A stretch of 17,306 nucleotides of DNA from PVC group bacterium (GCA_043804695.1 JAZDIV010000035.1:1-17306); one strand, 5' to 3'; positions 1-7,749 are shown, numbered from the stretch's first letter. Numbers and translations are program-made. Notes: generated by a model not told the origin, from the sequence alone.

Positions 1-158
1 CGATAATTCAGATTTTAGGCATTTTAGAGGTCATTGCGAGGAGCGCAGCGACGAAGCAATCTCATCATTTTGGATAAGAGGTGGTTATGAATGAAAAAAT
101 AGATTGCTTCGCCCCTTTGGGGCTCGCAATGACATTTTAGGGTTTATCGGACAGCCTC
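1..158. mobile_element. MITE/REP-doublet-like element, truncated by the left window edge
   Basis: GTCATTGCGAGGAGCGCAGCGACGAAGCAATCTC (30-63) pairs with inverted AGATTGCTTCG...CTCGCAATGAC (101-133). Right end TTATCGGACAGCCTC (144-158) is complementary to CGATAA at base 1. A related copy lies at 11311-11458. Confidence 0.65.
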
Positions 159-185
159 TAAAGACCGCCGCTACGATATTTATTG

Positions 186-215
186 TGCGCCAGAGGCGCA
201 TCAGCCTCCGGCTGA
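186..215 (-). repeat. 30-bp palindromic element (TCAGCC-GAGGC family), reverse copy
   Basis: Reverse complement TCAGCCGGAGGCTGATGCGCCTCTGGCGCA matches the copies at 15034-15063 and 16676-16735. Confidence 0.75.
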
Positions 216-243
216 AAATTCCGAAACAGCAAGGTAAAGAGCG

Positions 244-633
244 ATGCCGGACACGAAACAGACGATCCTCCTGGTCGACGACGAGCCCGATCTCCTGGAG
301 AGCCTCTCCGTCCGCCTGCGGGTCAACGGGTACGAGGTGCTGACCGCGGTTGACGGCCTGGAGGCGCTGAAGAAAGCCCGCTCCTCCGGCCCCGACCTGG
401 TCATCCTCGATCTCATGCTCCCGAAGATGGACGGCTACAAGGTGGCGCGCCTGCTGAAGTTTGACAGCCGCTACTGCGGCATCCCGATTCTCATCCTGTC
501 GGCCCGGGGCCAGGACCTGGACAAGGAACTGGGGAAAAAGGCGGGCGCGGACGACTACCTGGTCAAGCCGTTCGACTCCGCTGTCCTGTTGGCCCGGGTG
601 AGCACGCTGCTGGCGGCGAAAAGGGAAGATTAG
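244..633 (+). CDS. Single-domain response regulator receiver (CheY-like)
   Basis: ILLVDD, LVILD (phosphoacceptor Asp), PKMDG, LSA and GADDYLVKPF receiver motifs; 129 aa with no output domain. Confidence 0.95.
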   Translation: MPDTKQTILLVDDEPDLLESLSVRLRVNGYEVLTAVDGLEALKKARSSGPDLVILDLMLPKMDGYKVARLLKFDSRYCGIPILILSARGQDLDKELGKKAGADDYLVKPFDSAVLLARVSTLLAAKRED

Positions 634-804
634 CGGCATTTCGGGCGGGGAAAGATGACTGCATCGAAATTACATTCTGACGTTAATTGTTGGATCCGAA
701 CTAATTCTCTAATCATCAGCATTCAATCCTGACTTCAACAAAATATGCTTAACATATAAATTTGCGACCGAAGGGAGCAAATTTATTTTCCGGAGGAAAA
801 TATT

Positions 805-2640
805 ATGTTTGAAGCAGATGAGGAAAGAATCATCGCTCTCTTTGCCGGGTGCGGACTGATCAGCCAGGAACAGCTGACCGCGGCGGAAAAGTCCGGAACC
901 CGGCCCCTCCACCAGGCCTTCATCGAACTCGGCTTTCTCACCAAGGACAAGGTTTACGAGGTGCTGGCGGATGAATTCGGAGTCGCCTACATCGATCTCA
1001 AGAACTTCACGATCGACGAAGAGCAGTTCACCATTTTGCCGGAAGAGATGGCCCGGAAATTCTGCGTTATCCCCGTCTTCTCCGTGGAGGGCAACCTGGG
1101 GCTGGCCATGGCCGACCCCCGCAACGTTGAAGCCATCGACCAGATCAGCCACTACACCGGCTGCTCGGTGGATCCCTACCTGGCCGCCGAAGAGGATATC
1201 CTGAAAATCATCGACGGCCATTTCCGGCAGCTGGGCTCGGTTAAGGAGATGATTGAAGACCTGGAGGTGACCAGGCTCAAGGAGGAAGAAGAAGAGATCC
1301 CGGAGTTGAAAGATCTCTCCGACGAGGCCCCCATCACCAAGCTGGTCAATTTGATTTTCGCCCAGGCGGTGCGGGACGACGCCAGCGACATCCACATCGA
1401 GCCCGATGAGCACGTCCTCCGGATCCGTTTCCGGATCGACGGGGTCCTCTACGAGGTCCCGTCCCCCCCCAAGCGCCTGAAAGCGGCCATCACCTCCCGG
1501 ATCAAGGTGATGAGCAATCTCAATATCGCCGAGACCCGCAAGCCCCAGGACGGCCATATCCGGATGCGGGTGGAGGGGAACAACATCGATGTCCGGGTCT
1601 CCATCCTTCCGACTGTCTTCGGCGAGAATGTGGTCTTAAGGATTCTTAACCCCGAGAGCATTGCCATCGGGCTCGAGCAGCTCGGGTTTTCCGAAGCCAC
1701 CCTTCGGAAGTTCCGGGAGATTATTTTCCGCCCCCACGGCGTGCTGCTCAATACCGGCCCGACCGGTTCCGGCAAGACCACCACCCTTTACGCCGCCCTC
1801 CAGACGGTCAACAGCCTGGACAAGAACATCATCACCGTGGAAGACCCGGTCGAGTACCGCCTGAAGCTGATCCGCCAGGTGCAGGTCAACCAGAAGATCG
1901 GGGTCACCTTCGCCAACGGCCTGCGCTCCATTCTCCGACAGGACCCGGACATCATCATGATCGGGGAGATCCGGGACGTGGAGACGGCCGAGATCGCCGT
2001 CCAGGCGGCGCTGACCGGCCACTTCGTCTTCAGCACCCTCCATACCAACGACGCGGCCGGGGCGATCCCCCGGATGATTCACATGGGGGTGGAGCCGTTT
2101 CTGGTCGCCGCTTCCCTGGAGGGGATCATGGCCCAGCGGCTGGTCCGGAAGATCTGCCCCGGATGCAGGGAGAGCTACGATCCCGACCCGCTCCTGCTGG
2201 AGCATTTCCACCTCGACCCGAAGGCGGGGATCAAGTTTTACCGGGGGGCGGGGTGCGAACACTGCCGGGGGGCCGGCTACAAGGGGCGGATCGCCATCAT
2301 GGAGCTGATCGACATGACCCCCGCCCAGCGGCACCTCTGCCTCCGGAAGGCGTCCGTGGAAGAGATCCAGGAGCAGGGCCGCCGGGACGGGGCGGTCTTC
2401 ATGGAAGAGGACGCCCTCGGCAAGGTGCTGGCGGGAGTCACCACGGTGGAGGAGATGGCCCGGGTGACCGGGACCGTGGTCGACATCGGCCGCTCGGAAA
2501 AAGAACCGGTGGCGGAAGAAGGCGCCCCGTCTTTAATTCCGCTCGTCCTCGAGGAGAAGGCATCCAATCAGGAGCCCGTCCTGGAAGACAAGGACGTCGA
2601 TGAGTATCAGCAGAAGATAACGCACTGGCTGTCGAAATAA
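805..2640 (+). CDS. pilB: Type IV pilus assembly ATPase, PilB/GspE/MshE family
   Basis: ASDIHIEP, RFRIDGVL, Walker A GPTGSGKTT, Asp box TVEDPVE, LRQDPDIIMIGEIRD, His box TGH..STLHTN, tetracysteine CPGC..CEHC; GGAGG RBS at 792-796. Confidence 0.95.
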   Translation: MFEADEERIIALFAGCGLISQEQLTAAEKSGTRPLHQAFIELGFLTKDKVYEVLADEFGVAYIDLKNFTIDEEQFTILPEEMARKFCVIPVFSVEGNLGLAMADPRNVEAIDQISHYTGCSVDPYLAAEEDILKIIDGHFRQLGSVKEMIEDLEVTRLKEEEEEIPELKDLSDEAPITKLVNLIFAQAVRDDASDIHIEPDEHVLRIRFRIDGVLYEVPSPPKRLKAAITSRIKVMSNLNIAETRKPQDGHIRMRVEGNNIDVRVSILPTVFGENVVLRILNPESIAIGLEQLGFSEATLRKFREIIFRPHGVLLNTGPTGSGKTTTLYAALQTVNSLDKNIITVEDPVEYRLKLIRQVQVNQKIGVTFANGLRSILRQDPDIIMIGEIRDVETAEIAVQAALTGHFVFSTLHTNDAAGAIPRMIHMGVEPFLVAASLEGIMAQRLVRKICPGCRESYDPDPLLLEHFHLDPKAGIKFYRGAGCEHCRGAGYKGRIAIMELIDMTPAQRHLCLRKASVEEIQEQGRRDGAVFMEEDALGKVLAGVTTVEEMARVTGTVVDIGRSEKEPVAEEGAPSLIPLVLEEKASNQEPVLEDKDVDEYQQKITHWLSK

Positions 2641-2701
2641 GGGGTAATACAGCGAGTTCGGAATAAGAAAGTTTTTAACGCCGAAGTTATTCGCAAAAAG
2701 G

Positions 2702-2778
2702 GGTATTGGAGTGATGGAGTGATGGAGTACTGGGAAGCTGGCCCCCATCACTCCAGTACTCCACCACTCCATTATTCC
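2702..2778. repeat. Forward plus inverted arrays of a 9-mer (GGAGTRNTG-like) forming a long hairpin
   Basis: GGTATTGGAGTGATGGAGTGATGGAGTACTGG (2702-2733) is followed by CCATCACTCCAGTACTCCACCACTCCATTATTCC (2745-2778). Confidence 0.85.
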
Positions 2779-2813
2779 ATATAAATTCGCGAGCGCAGCG
2801 AGCTAATTTATAT

Positions 2814-3644
2814 ATGTACGAAGCGTACTGGAAACTGAAAGAGAAGCCGTTTAAGAATACCCCCGATCCGCGGTTTCTCTGCTCGTTCTCCCAGCACTCC
2901 GACGCCCTGATGAAGCTGACCTACACGGTGCGGGAGAATATGGGGGCGGCCATGCTGACCGGCGTCTTCGGGTGCGGGAAGACCTTTATCGCCCGCACCC
3001 TGCTCGGCTCTCTCTCCCGGGGCAAATATGTCTCCGCCTACCTGACCTACCCTCCCGCATCCGGGGAGGAGCTCCTCCGGGCGGTCGTGAGAACTCTGAA
3101 ATACAGCGAACTGCCCGTCAAGAAGACGGAACTGCTCGAAGACGCCCTCCTGGAATCTCTGGAGATCCTGCTCGTCGAAAACAACCGGGAGGGGAAGGAC
3201 GCCGTCATCATCATCGATGAGGCGCACGCGATCCAGAACGAGCGGGTATTCGAAAAGATAAGGCTCCTCCTCAATTTCCAGACCGAGGACAAGTTCCTGC
3301 TCACGCTCATCCTGGTCGGCCAACCCGAGCTCTCCGGGAAGGTGGCCAACCTCAGGCAGCTGGAGCAGAGGATAGCCGTCAAGTGCCATCTGGAACCGCT
3401 GAACGAGGAAGAGACCGGGAAGTACATCGCCCACCGGGTGAAGGTGGCGGGCCGGGATACCCCGATCTTCCAGGACAGTGTCCTCAGCCTGATCCATCAG
3501 GCCGCCGGCGGGATCCCCCGGCGTATCAACCATATCTGTGACGCCTGCCTGATGACCGGCTTCGCCCGGAAGAAGGAGATGATCGACGAGGAGACCTTCC
3601 AGGAGTCCGGGAAGATCTTCGGGAGTATCATTTCCACTTCGTGA
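2814..3644 (+). CDS. ExeA/GspA/MshM-like AAA ATPase
   Basis: Typical start MYEAYWKLKEKPF..TPDPRF, Walker A GVFGCGKT, Walker B IIIDEAH, LILVGQPEL, YIAHR, GGIPRRINHICD. Confidence 0.93.
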   Translation: MYEAYWKLKEKPFKNTPDPRFLCSFSQHSDALMKLTYTVRENMGAAMLTGVFGCGKTFIARTLLGSLSRGKYVSAYLTYPPASGEELLRAVVRTLKYSELPVKKTELLEDALLESLEILLVENNREGKDAVIIIDEAHAIQNERVFEKIRLLLNFQTEDKFLLTLILVGQPELSGKVANLRQLEQRIAVKCHLEPLNEEETGKYIAHRVKVAGRDTPIFQDSVLSLIHQAAGGIPRRINHICDACLMTGFARKKEMIDEETFQESGKIFGSIISTS

Positions 3645-3706
3645 AAATGGTAGATTTAAACAATGCCCAAAAGAAATCATAGGGCTGCGGAAATACATTC
3701 ACTGTA

Positions 3707-3745
3707 GTTGCTTTAGTCGCTTCAGTCGCTTGCGTCGCTTTCGTC
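3707..3745 (+). repeat. Degenerate 9-mer tandem array (GTCGCTTNN) ending directly at the ATG of the activator gene
   Basis: GTTGCTTTA GTCGCTTCA GTCGCTTGC GTCGCTTTC GTC then ATG at 3746. Confidence 0.75.
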
Positions 3746-5128
3746 ATGGCTATTCTCCTGGTCAACCACGATAAAACCGAGCTGGGCCGATGGAGAGAGG
3801 ATCTCCGTCAGTGGGGAGTCCCCGCCCGCTATACCCGGGAGGGTTTCACCGCTCTCCAGATGGTCGTGGTGGAAGATATCTCCGCCGTCATCTGCCGGGC
3901 CGACCTCCCCCTCATCTCCGGCCTGACTTTAAGCAGGATGCTGAAGAAGGGTTCCCCCGGGATGATCGTCGTTCTGGCGGCGCCGGCGGGGCGGGACACC
4001 GGTTCCCTGTCCGGGAAGACCTGGGATCTCGGACCGATTGCGCTTTCCGGGCCGGAGTTCCAGAAGGTGATCGGGTCGCTCCTTTTAGCGGACGGATCGC
4101 TCCTCCGGGAAGGGGAGAAGTCGCTTCTCTTTTCCGGCCCGCCCGACTTCGAGGAGATCATCGGTCTCTCCCCGCGGATGGGAGAGATCTTCTCCCTCAT
4201 CCACAAGGTCCGGGACCAGGACGTCACGGTCCTGATCCAGGGAGAAAGCGGCACCGGGAAAGAGCTGATCGCCCGGGCGCTTCACCGCCACAGCCGCCGG
4301 TCGAACCGGGCTTTCGTCTCCGTCAACTGCGCCGCCATCCCCGAGAACCTTCTGGAGAGCGAGCTCTTCGGGCATGAGAAGGGGGCGTTCACCGGCGCGG
4401 ACTCCCTGGTCGTGGGCCGCTTCGAGCAGGCCGACTGCGGCTGCATCTTTATGGACGAGATCGGGGACATGAGCCCGGCCACCCAGGCCAAGGTGCTGCG
4501 CGTCTTCGAGGGGCACGACTTCGAGAGAGTGGGGGGGCGGGAAAAGATCACGGTGGACGTCAGGATCATTGCCGCCACCAACCGGGACCTGGAGGAACAG
4601 GTTGCCGAGGGCAGTTTCCGGGAGGACCTTTTCTATCGTTTGAGCGCCTTCCCGCTGACCCTGCCTTCGCTGGACGAGAGGATGGAAGACCTGCCCCTCC
4701 TGGCCGCCCATATCCTGAGAGAGCACAACCGGACGGCCGACCGGAAGATCACCTCGGTCACTCTGAAGGCGATGGAAAAGCTGCTCGGCTATCACTGGCC
4801 GGGAAATATCCGACACCTGGAGAATGTCATCAAGCGCGCCGCCATCCTGGCCGCCGGCGGCGCGATCGACGCCGAGCATGTCCAGCCCGAACGGAGACGC
4901 GCCCTCCACCGGGGGCGCCCCGGGGACGCCGAATTGCCATCTCCGGAAGAACCGCCGCCGGTCGAGGCTCCCTCCATTCGGTCCCTGGCCGAGGTGGAGA
5001 AGGAAGCGATCGAGAGCGCCCTCCAGAAGACATCAGTGAACATCAGCCGGGCCGCCGCTGCCCTGGGCATCTCCCGCGCGACTCTGTATAAGAAAGCGAA
5101 AGAATACGGGATTGAGATAAGCAGATAG
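3746..5128 (+). CDS. Sigma-54-dependent enhancer-binding activator (NtrC/PilR-like) with degenerate receiver domain and Fis-type HTH
   Basis: GESGTGKE, ESELFGHEKGAFTGA, FMDEIG, RIIAATN, FREDLFYRL, WPGNIRHL; C-terminal NISRAAAALGISRATLYKK. The start codon is uncertain because there is no clear RBS. Confidence 0.93.
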   Translation: MAILLVNHDKTELGRWREDLRQWGVPARYTREGFTALQMVVVEDISAVICRADLPLISGLTLSRMLKKGSPGMIVVLAAPAGRDTGSLSGKTWDLGPIALSGPEFQKVIGSLLLADGSLLREGEKSLLFSGPPDFEEIIGLSPRMGEIFSLIHKVRDQDVTVLIQGESGTGKELIARALHRHSRRSNRAFVSVNCAAIPENLLESELFGHEKGAFTGADSLVVGRFEQADCGCIFMDEIGDMSPATQAKVLRVFEGHDFERVGGREKITVDVRIIAATNRDLEEQVAEGSFREDLFYRLSAFPLTLPSLDERMEDLPLLAAHILREHNRTADRKITSVTLKAMEKLLGYHWPGNIRHLENVIKRAAILAAGGAIDAEHVQPERRRALHRGRPGDAELPSPEEPPPVEAPSIRSLAEVEKEAIESALQKTSVNISRAAAALGISRATLYKKAKEYGIEISR

Positions 5129-5219
5129 GATGTAAGCTACAGTAACTAAATGATCTATTTAATCTATGTGAATTATATTTGTCAGTAACTGGAATAAATT
5201 TTTCCGGAGGGAAAATTTA

Positions 5220-6440
5220 ATGCCGGCATTCAGATACAAAGCACGGAGCGAATCGGGGAAATCGGTTGCCGGGATCCTGGAGGCCCCGACCCGGGAGATG
5301 GTCGCCAACCACCTGGAGGAGATGGGCTATACCCCGATCTCGATCAAGCAGGAGACAACCGGGTCCAAACAGGGGGGAGACCTCTTTGCCCGCTTCCAGA
5401 AAGTGAAGGGGAAAGACCTGGTCATGATGACCCGGCAGCTTCACTCCCTGATCCGGAGCGGGATCCCGATCCTGACCTCTTTGAACATCCTGGAGAAACA
5501 ATGCGAAAGTCTCCCCCTGAAAAAGACCCTCTCCGCGCTTCAGGAGAAGATCACCGGCGGGGCCAGTTTCTCCGACGGCCTCCGGCAGTTCCCCAAGGTC
5601 TACTCCAACCTCTATGTCAACACGGTCCTGGCCGGGGAGACGGGGGGAGCCTTGCCGGAAGTATTGGATCGGCTGGCCGGGCTCCTGGAAGCGGAACAGG
5701 AGACACGGAAAGCGGTCAAATCCGCGGTCCGCTACCCCATCATCGCCCTGACCGTCATGGTGATGGCCTTTTTTATCCTCAACATCATGGTCGTTCCCAA
5801 GTTCGCCATGATTTACGGCCGGGTCGGGATCGAACTGCCGCTTCCAACCCAGCTCATGATGGCCAGCAGCCATATCATCAATACCTATTATTATCTGATC
5901 ATCGGCGGTGCGCTGGCCGTTTTCATCGGCTTTTTCCGTTTCAAGAAGACCAAATACGGCCACTACCAGGTGGATAAGCTCAAACTGAAACTCCCCATCT
6001 TCGGCCCTCTCTTTACCAAGCTGGCCATGTTTCGCTTTACCAAGATGCTGGCCACGCTGGAGCGGTCCGGCGTTCCCATCCTGAAGATCATCGAGATCGT
6101 CGCTCTCACGGTCGGGAACGATATCATCGGGGAGGAACTGATGGGCCTTCGGGATGAGGTCCGGGACGGCAAAAGCCTTTCGAACTCGATCATGAAACGC
6201 CCCCTCTTTCCGCCCATGGTCAGCAACATGCTCAGCGTGGGGGAGGAGACCGGGCGGCTGGACGAGATGGCGGAGTCGATCGCCTATTACTACGATCAGG
6301 AGATAAAATATATGGTCGCGACACTGACGGATATGATCGAGCCAGTCCTGACTATTGTTATCGCCGGGGGTGTTCTTCTCTTCGCCCTGGCGATTTTCCT
6401 GCCGATGTGGAACATGATCGCCGTGGCCCGGAAAAAATAA
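5220..6440 (+). CDS. pilC: Type IV pilus/T2SS inner-membrane platform protein PilC/GspF/MshG
   Basis: MPAFRYKA start, RQLHSLIRSGIP, AGETGGAL, AVRYP, VGEETGRLD, MIEP, AIFLPM; three hydrophobic segments; GGAGG RBS. Confidence 0.95.
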   Translation: MPAFRYKARSESGKSVAGILEAPTREMVANHLEEMGYTPISIKQETTGSKQGGDLFARFQKVKGKDLVMMTRQLHSLIRSGIPILTSLNILEKQCESLPLKKTLSALQEKITGGASFSDGLRQFPKVYSNLYVNTVLAGETGGALPEVLDRLAGLLEAEQETRKAVKSAVRYPIIALTVMVMAFFILNIMVVPKFAMIYGRVGIELPLPTQLMMASSHIINTYYYLIIGGALAVFIGFFRFKKTKYGHYQVDKLKLKLPIFGPLFTKLAMFRFTKMLATLERSGVPILKIIEIVALTVGNDIIGEELMGLRDEVRDGKSLSNSIMKRPLFPPMVSNMLSVGEETGRLDEMAESIAYYYDQEIKYMVATLTDMIEPVLTIVIAGGVLLFALAIFLPMWNMIAVARKK

Positions 6441-6447
6441 ACCGGAC

Positions 6448-6506
6448 TGTTTTAAAATTTAACAGACGGGGTCCCCGCACGGATGATTGTGTAAAAATAA
6501 TAAACA
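6448..6506. promoter_or_regulatory. Two candidate upstream activator sequences, TGT-N11-ACA
   Basis: TGT-tttaaaattta-ACA (6448-6464) and TGT-aaaaataataa-ACA (6490-6506), 42 bp apart and about 100-155 bp upstream of the sigma-54 promoter. Confidence 0.6.
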
Positions 6507-6603
6507 CTGGGGCCACAATCGATCAAGAGTATCAATCAAGATCTATTTCTGTAATTAATTGATCAGGAAAAGGATAGGATATTTTTTAAAGCCTCCCGGT
6601 TTT

Positions 6604-6619
6604 TGGCACGGTAATTGCT
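6604..6619 (+). promoter_or_regulatory. Sigma-54 (-24/-12) promoter of the pilin gene
   Basis: TGGCACG-GTAA-TTGCT is an exact match to the TGGCACG-N4-TTGCW consensus, 49 bp upstream of the pilin ATG. Confidence 0.9.
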
Positions 6620-6667
6620 TTATATCTTGTGTCAACAGAAATGGAACCCATAACCGGGAGGTGCGGA

Positions 6668-6985
6668 ATGAAAGGTTTTACGTTGATTGAATTGATCATT
6701 GTGATCGTGATTATCGGCATCCTGGCCGCGATCGCGATCCCGAAGTATGTCGACCTGGTCGACCAGGCCAATAAGGCCGCGCGGGACGGCATGGCCGGCG
6801 CCGCCATGTCCGCGGTGACCCTGTATTACGCGGCCACCCTGGCTGACACGGCGGTACCAGATGCATGGCCGGCCACGATCACCTCGGCCAACTTCGAGGA
6901 CGGGACGACCTTCCTCACCAACTTCGGCGGGTATACCTGGGCCTACGACGTGGGAACCCATTCGATCCTTACTAACAATCCCTAA
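6668..6985 (+). CDS. pilA: Type IV major pilin (class III signal peptide), 105-aa prepilin
   Basis: MKG|FTLIELIIVIVIIGILAAIAIP with Glu5 and Pro22. GGGAGGT RBS at 6656-6662 supports ATG 6668 rather than the ORF-track start 6629. It has its own promoter and terminator, as expected for a major pilin. Confidence 0.93.
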   Translation: MKGFTLIELIIVIVIIGILAAIAIPKYVDLVDQANKAARDGMAGAAMSAVTLYYAATLADTAVPDAWPATITSANFEDGTTFLTNFGGYTWAYDVGTHSILTNNP

Positions 6986-7008
6986 GGCCAGCGGTTGCCC
7001 GGGTCTAC

Positions 7009-7041
7009 AAAAAGGCCTCTCTTGAAAAGAGAGGCCTTTTT
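7009..7041 (+). terminator. Rho-independent terminator, potentially bidirectional
   Basis: AAAAAGGCCTCTCTT-GAA-AAGAGAGGCCTTTTT perfect stem, followed by further T-rich sequence, 24 bp after the pilin stop. Confidence 0.92.
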
Positions 7042-7076
7042 GTTTATTATTTTTTAAATCGGGATTCAAAAAAATA

Positions 7077-7382
7077 ATGAGAATCCACCTTCCGTCAATT
7101 GCGATAATTCTTCTGATCGGTCTTTTTTGTGGGAGGGCTTTTTAAGCCCGATTCCGGGCTATTGTGGGAGGGCTTTCCAAGCCCGATTCCCGGCATCCCC
7201 TGATCGAGGTTGAAAACCTCTCCCACAAAACCGGCTCTGCGGACAAGCGGGAATTCGCCTGGACCGCCGCGATCGAGGCGTCGGCGGTGAAGATCGGGGA
7301 GATGGGGGATGATTTTTTCTACCGGGTCAACCTCCCCCGTCAGTCGGGAACGGGGGTCTTCTGGTGGGGGACGGGCTTGTAG
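7077..7382 (+). pseudogene. Possible disrupted small secreted-protein gene
   Basis: ATG 7077 gives signal-peptide-like MRIHLPSIAIILLIGLFCGRAF, then TAA (7143-7145) inside a REP copy. The same frame continues into the 7164-7382 ORF, whose 3' half is GC-rich and looks coding. Confidence 0.3.
7129..7226. repeat. GTGG-type REP cluster (two direct copies, one inverted)
   Basis: GTGGGAGGGCTT-ttt-AAGCCCGA (7129-7151), GTGGGAGGGCTT-tcc-AAGCCCGA (7164-7186), inverted TCGAGGTTGAAAACCTCTCCCAC (7204-7226) with compensatory stem changes. Confidence 0.75.
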
Positions 7383-7674
7383 CCGATGAACTTATCCACC
7401 TGCCGGGCAAGCCGGCAGGGGTCACGCCCCCGGTGGGTTTATCCCACCGGAGCGGAAGTTCAAAAGCTAACCCGCGACAATAAAACAACAACCGCCCCCG
7501 GTGGGTTTATCCCACCGGAGCGGAAGTTCAACAGCTAATGTAGGTTACCAAACATATCGGCCCCTGCCGCCTCGTGCGGCAGGGGAGAAAGTTCAATGGC
7601 TGCAATATACAATTAGGGGCTGTCAGAAGGTAGCTGTTGAACTGATTCACCCGTGACACAAGGCCACGGGGGTC
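7380..7674. repeat. Mosaic of five approx. 44-bp hairpin+tail units (BIME/REP-like), copy 1
   Basis: Units at 7380-7423(-), 7425-7469(+), 7493-7537(+), 7559-7602(+), 7631-7674(-); each is a GC-rich hairpin followed by an AAGTTCAAYRGCTA-like tail. Confidence 0.85.
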
Positions 7675-7749
7675 TTCTGAATGGGGGCATGCTTCTTTAC
7701 ACTTCACACGTAAGACTTTGATATTCAAGTTGTGAACGCGGTGAACAGC

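Noticed and set aside
6629..6667. Longer pilin start given by the ORF track
   Set aside because: It lies at about the predicted sigma-54 transcription start and has no RBS; ATG 6668 has GGGAGGT and gives a normal short leader.
6668..6985. Electrically conductive e-pilin
   Set aside because: The mature pilin is short (102 aa) with 11 F/W/Y including F1, Y24, Y50 and Y51, but position 27 is Leu and there is a 25-residue aromatic-free gap; sequence alone cannot support conductivity.
7425..7602. CRISPR array (44-bp repeats with about 22-bp spacers)
   Set aside because: Repeats differ in their stems, occur in both orientations, spacers are short and homologous between the two clusters, and there are no cas genes in the window.
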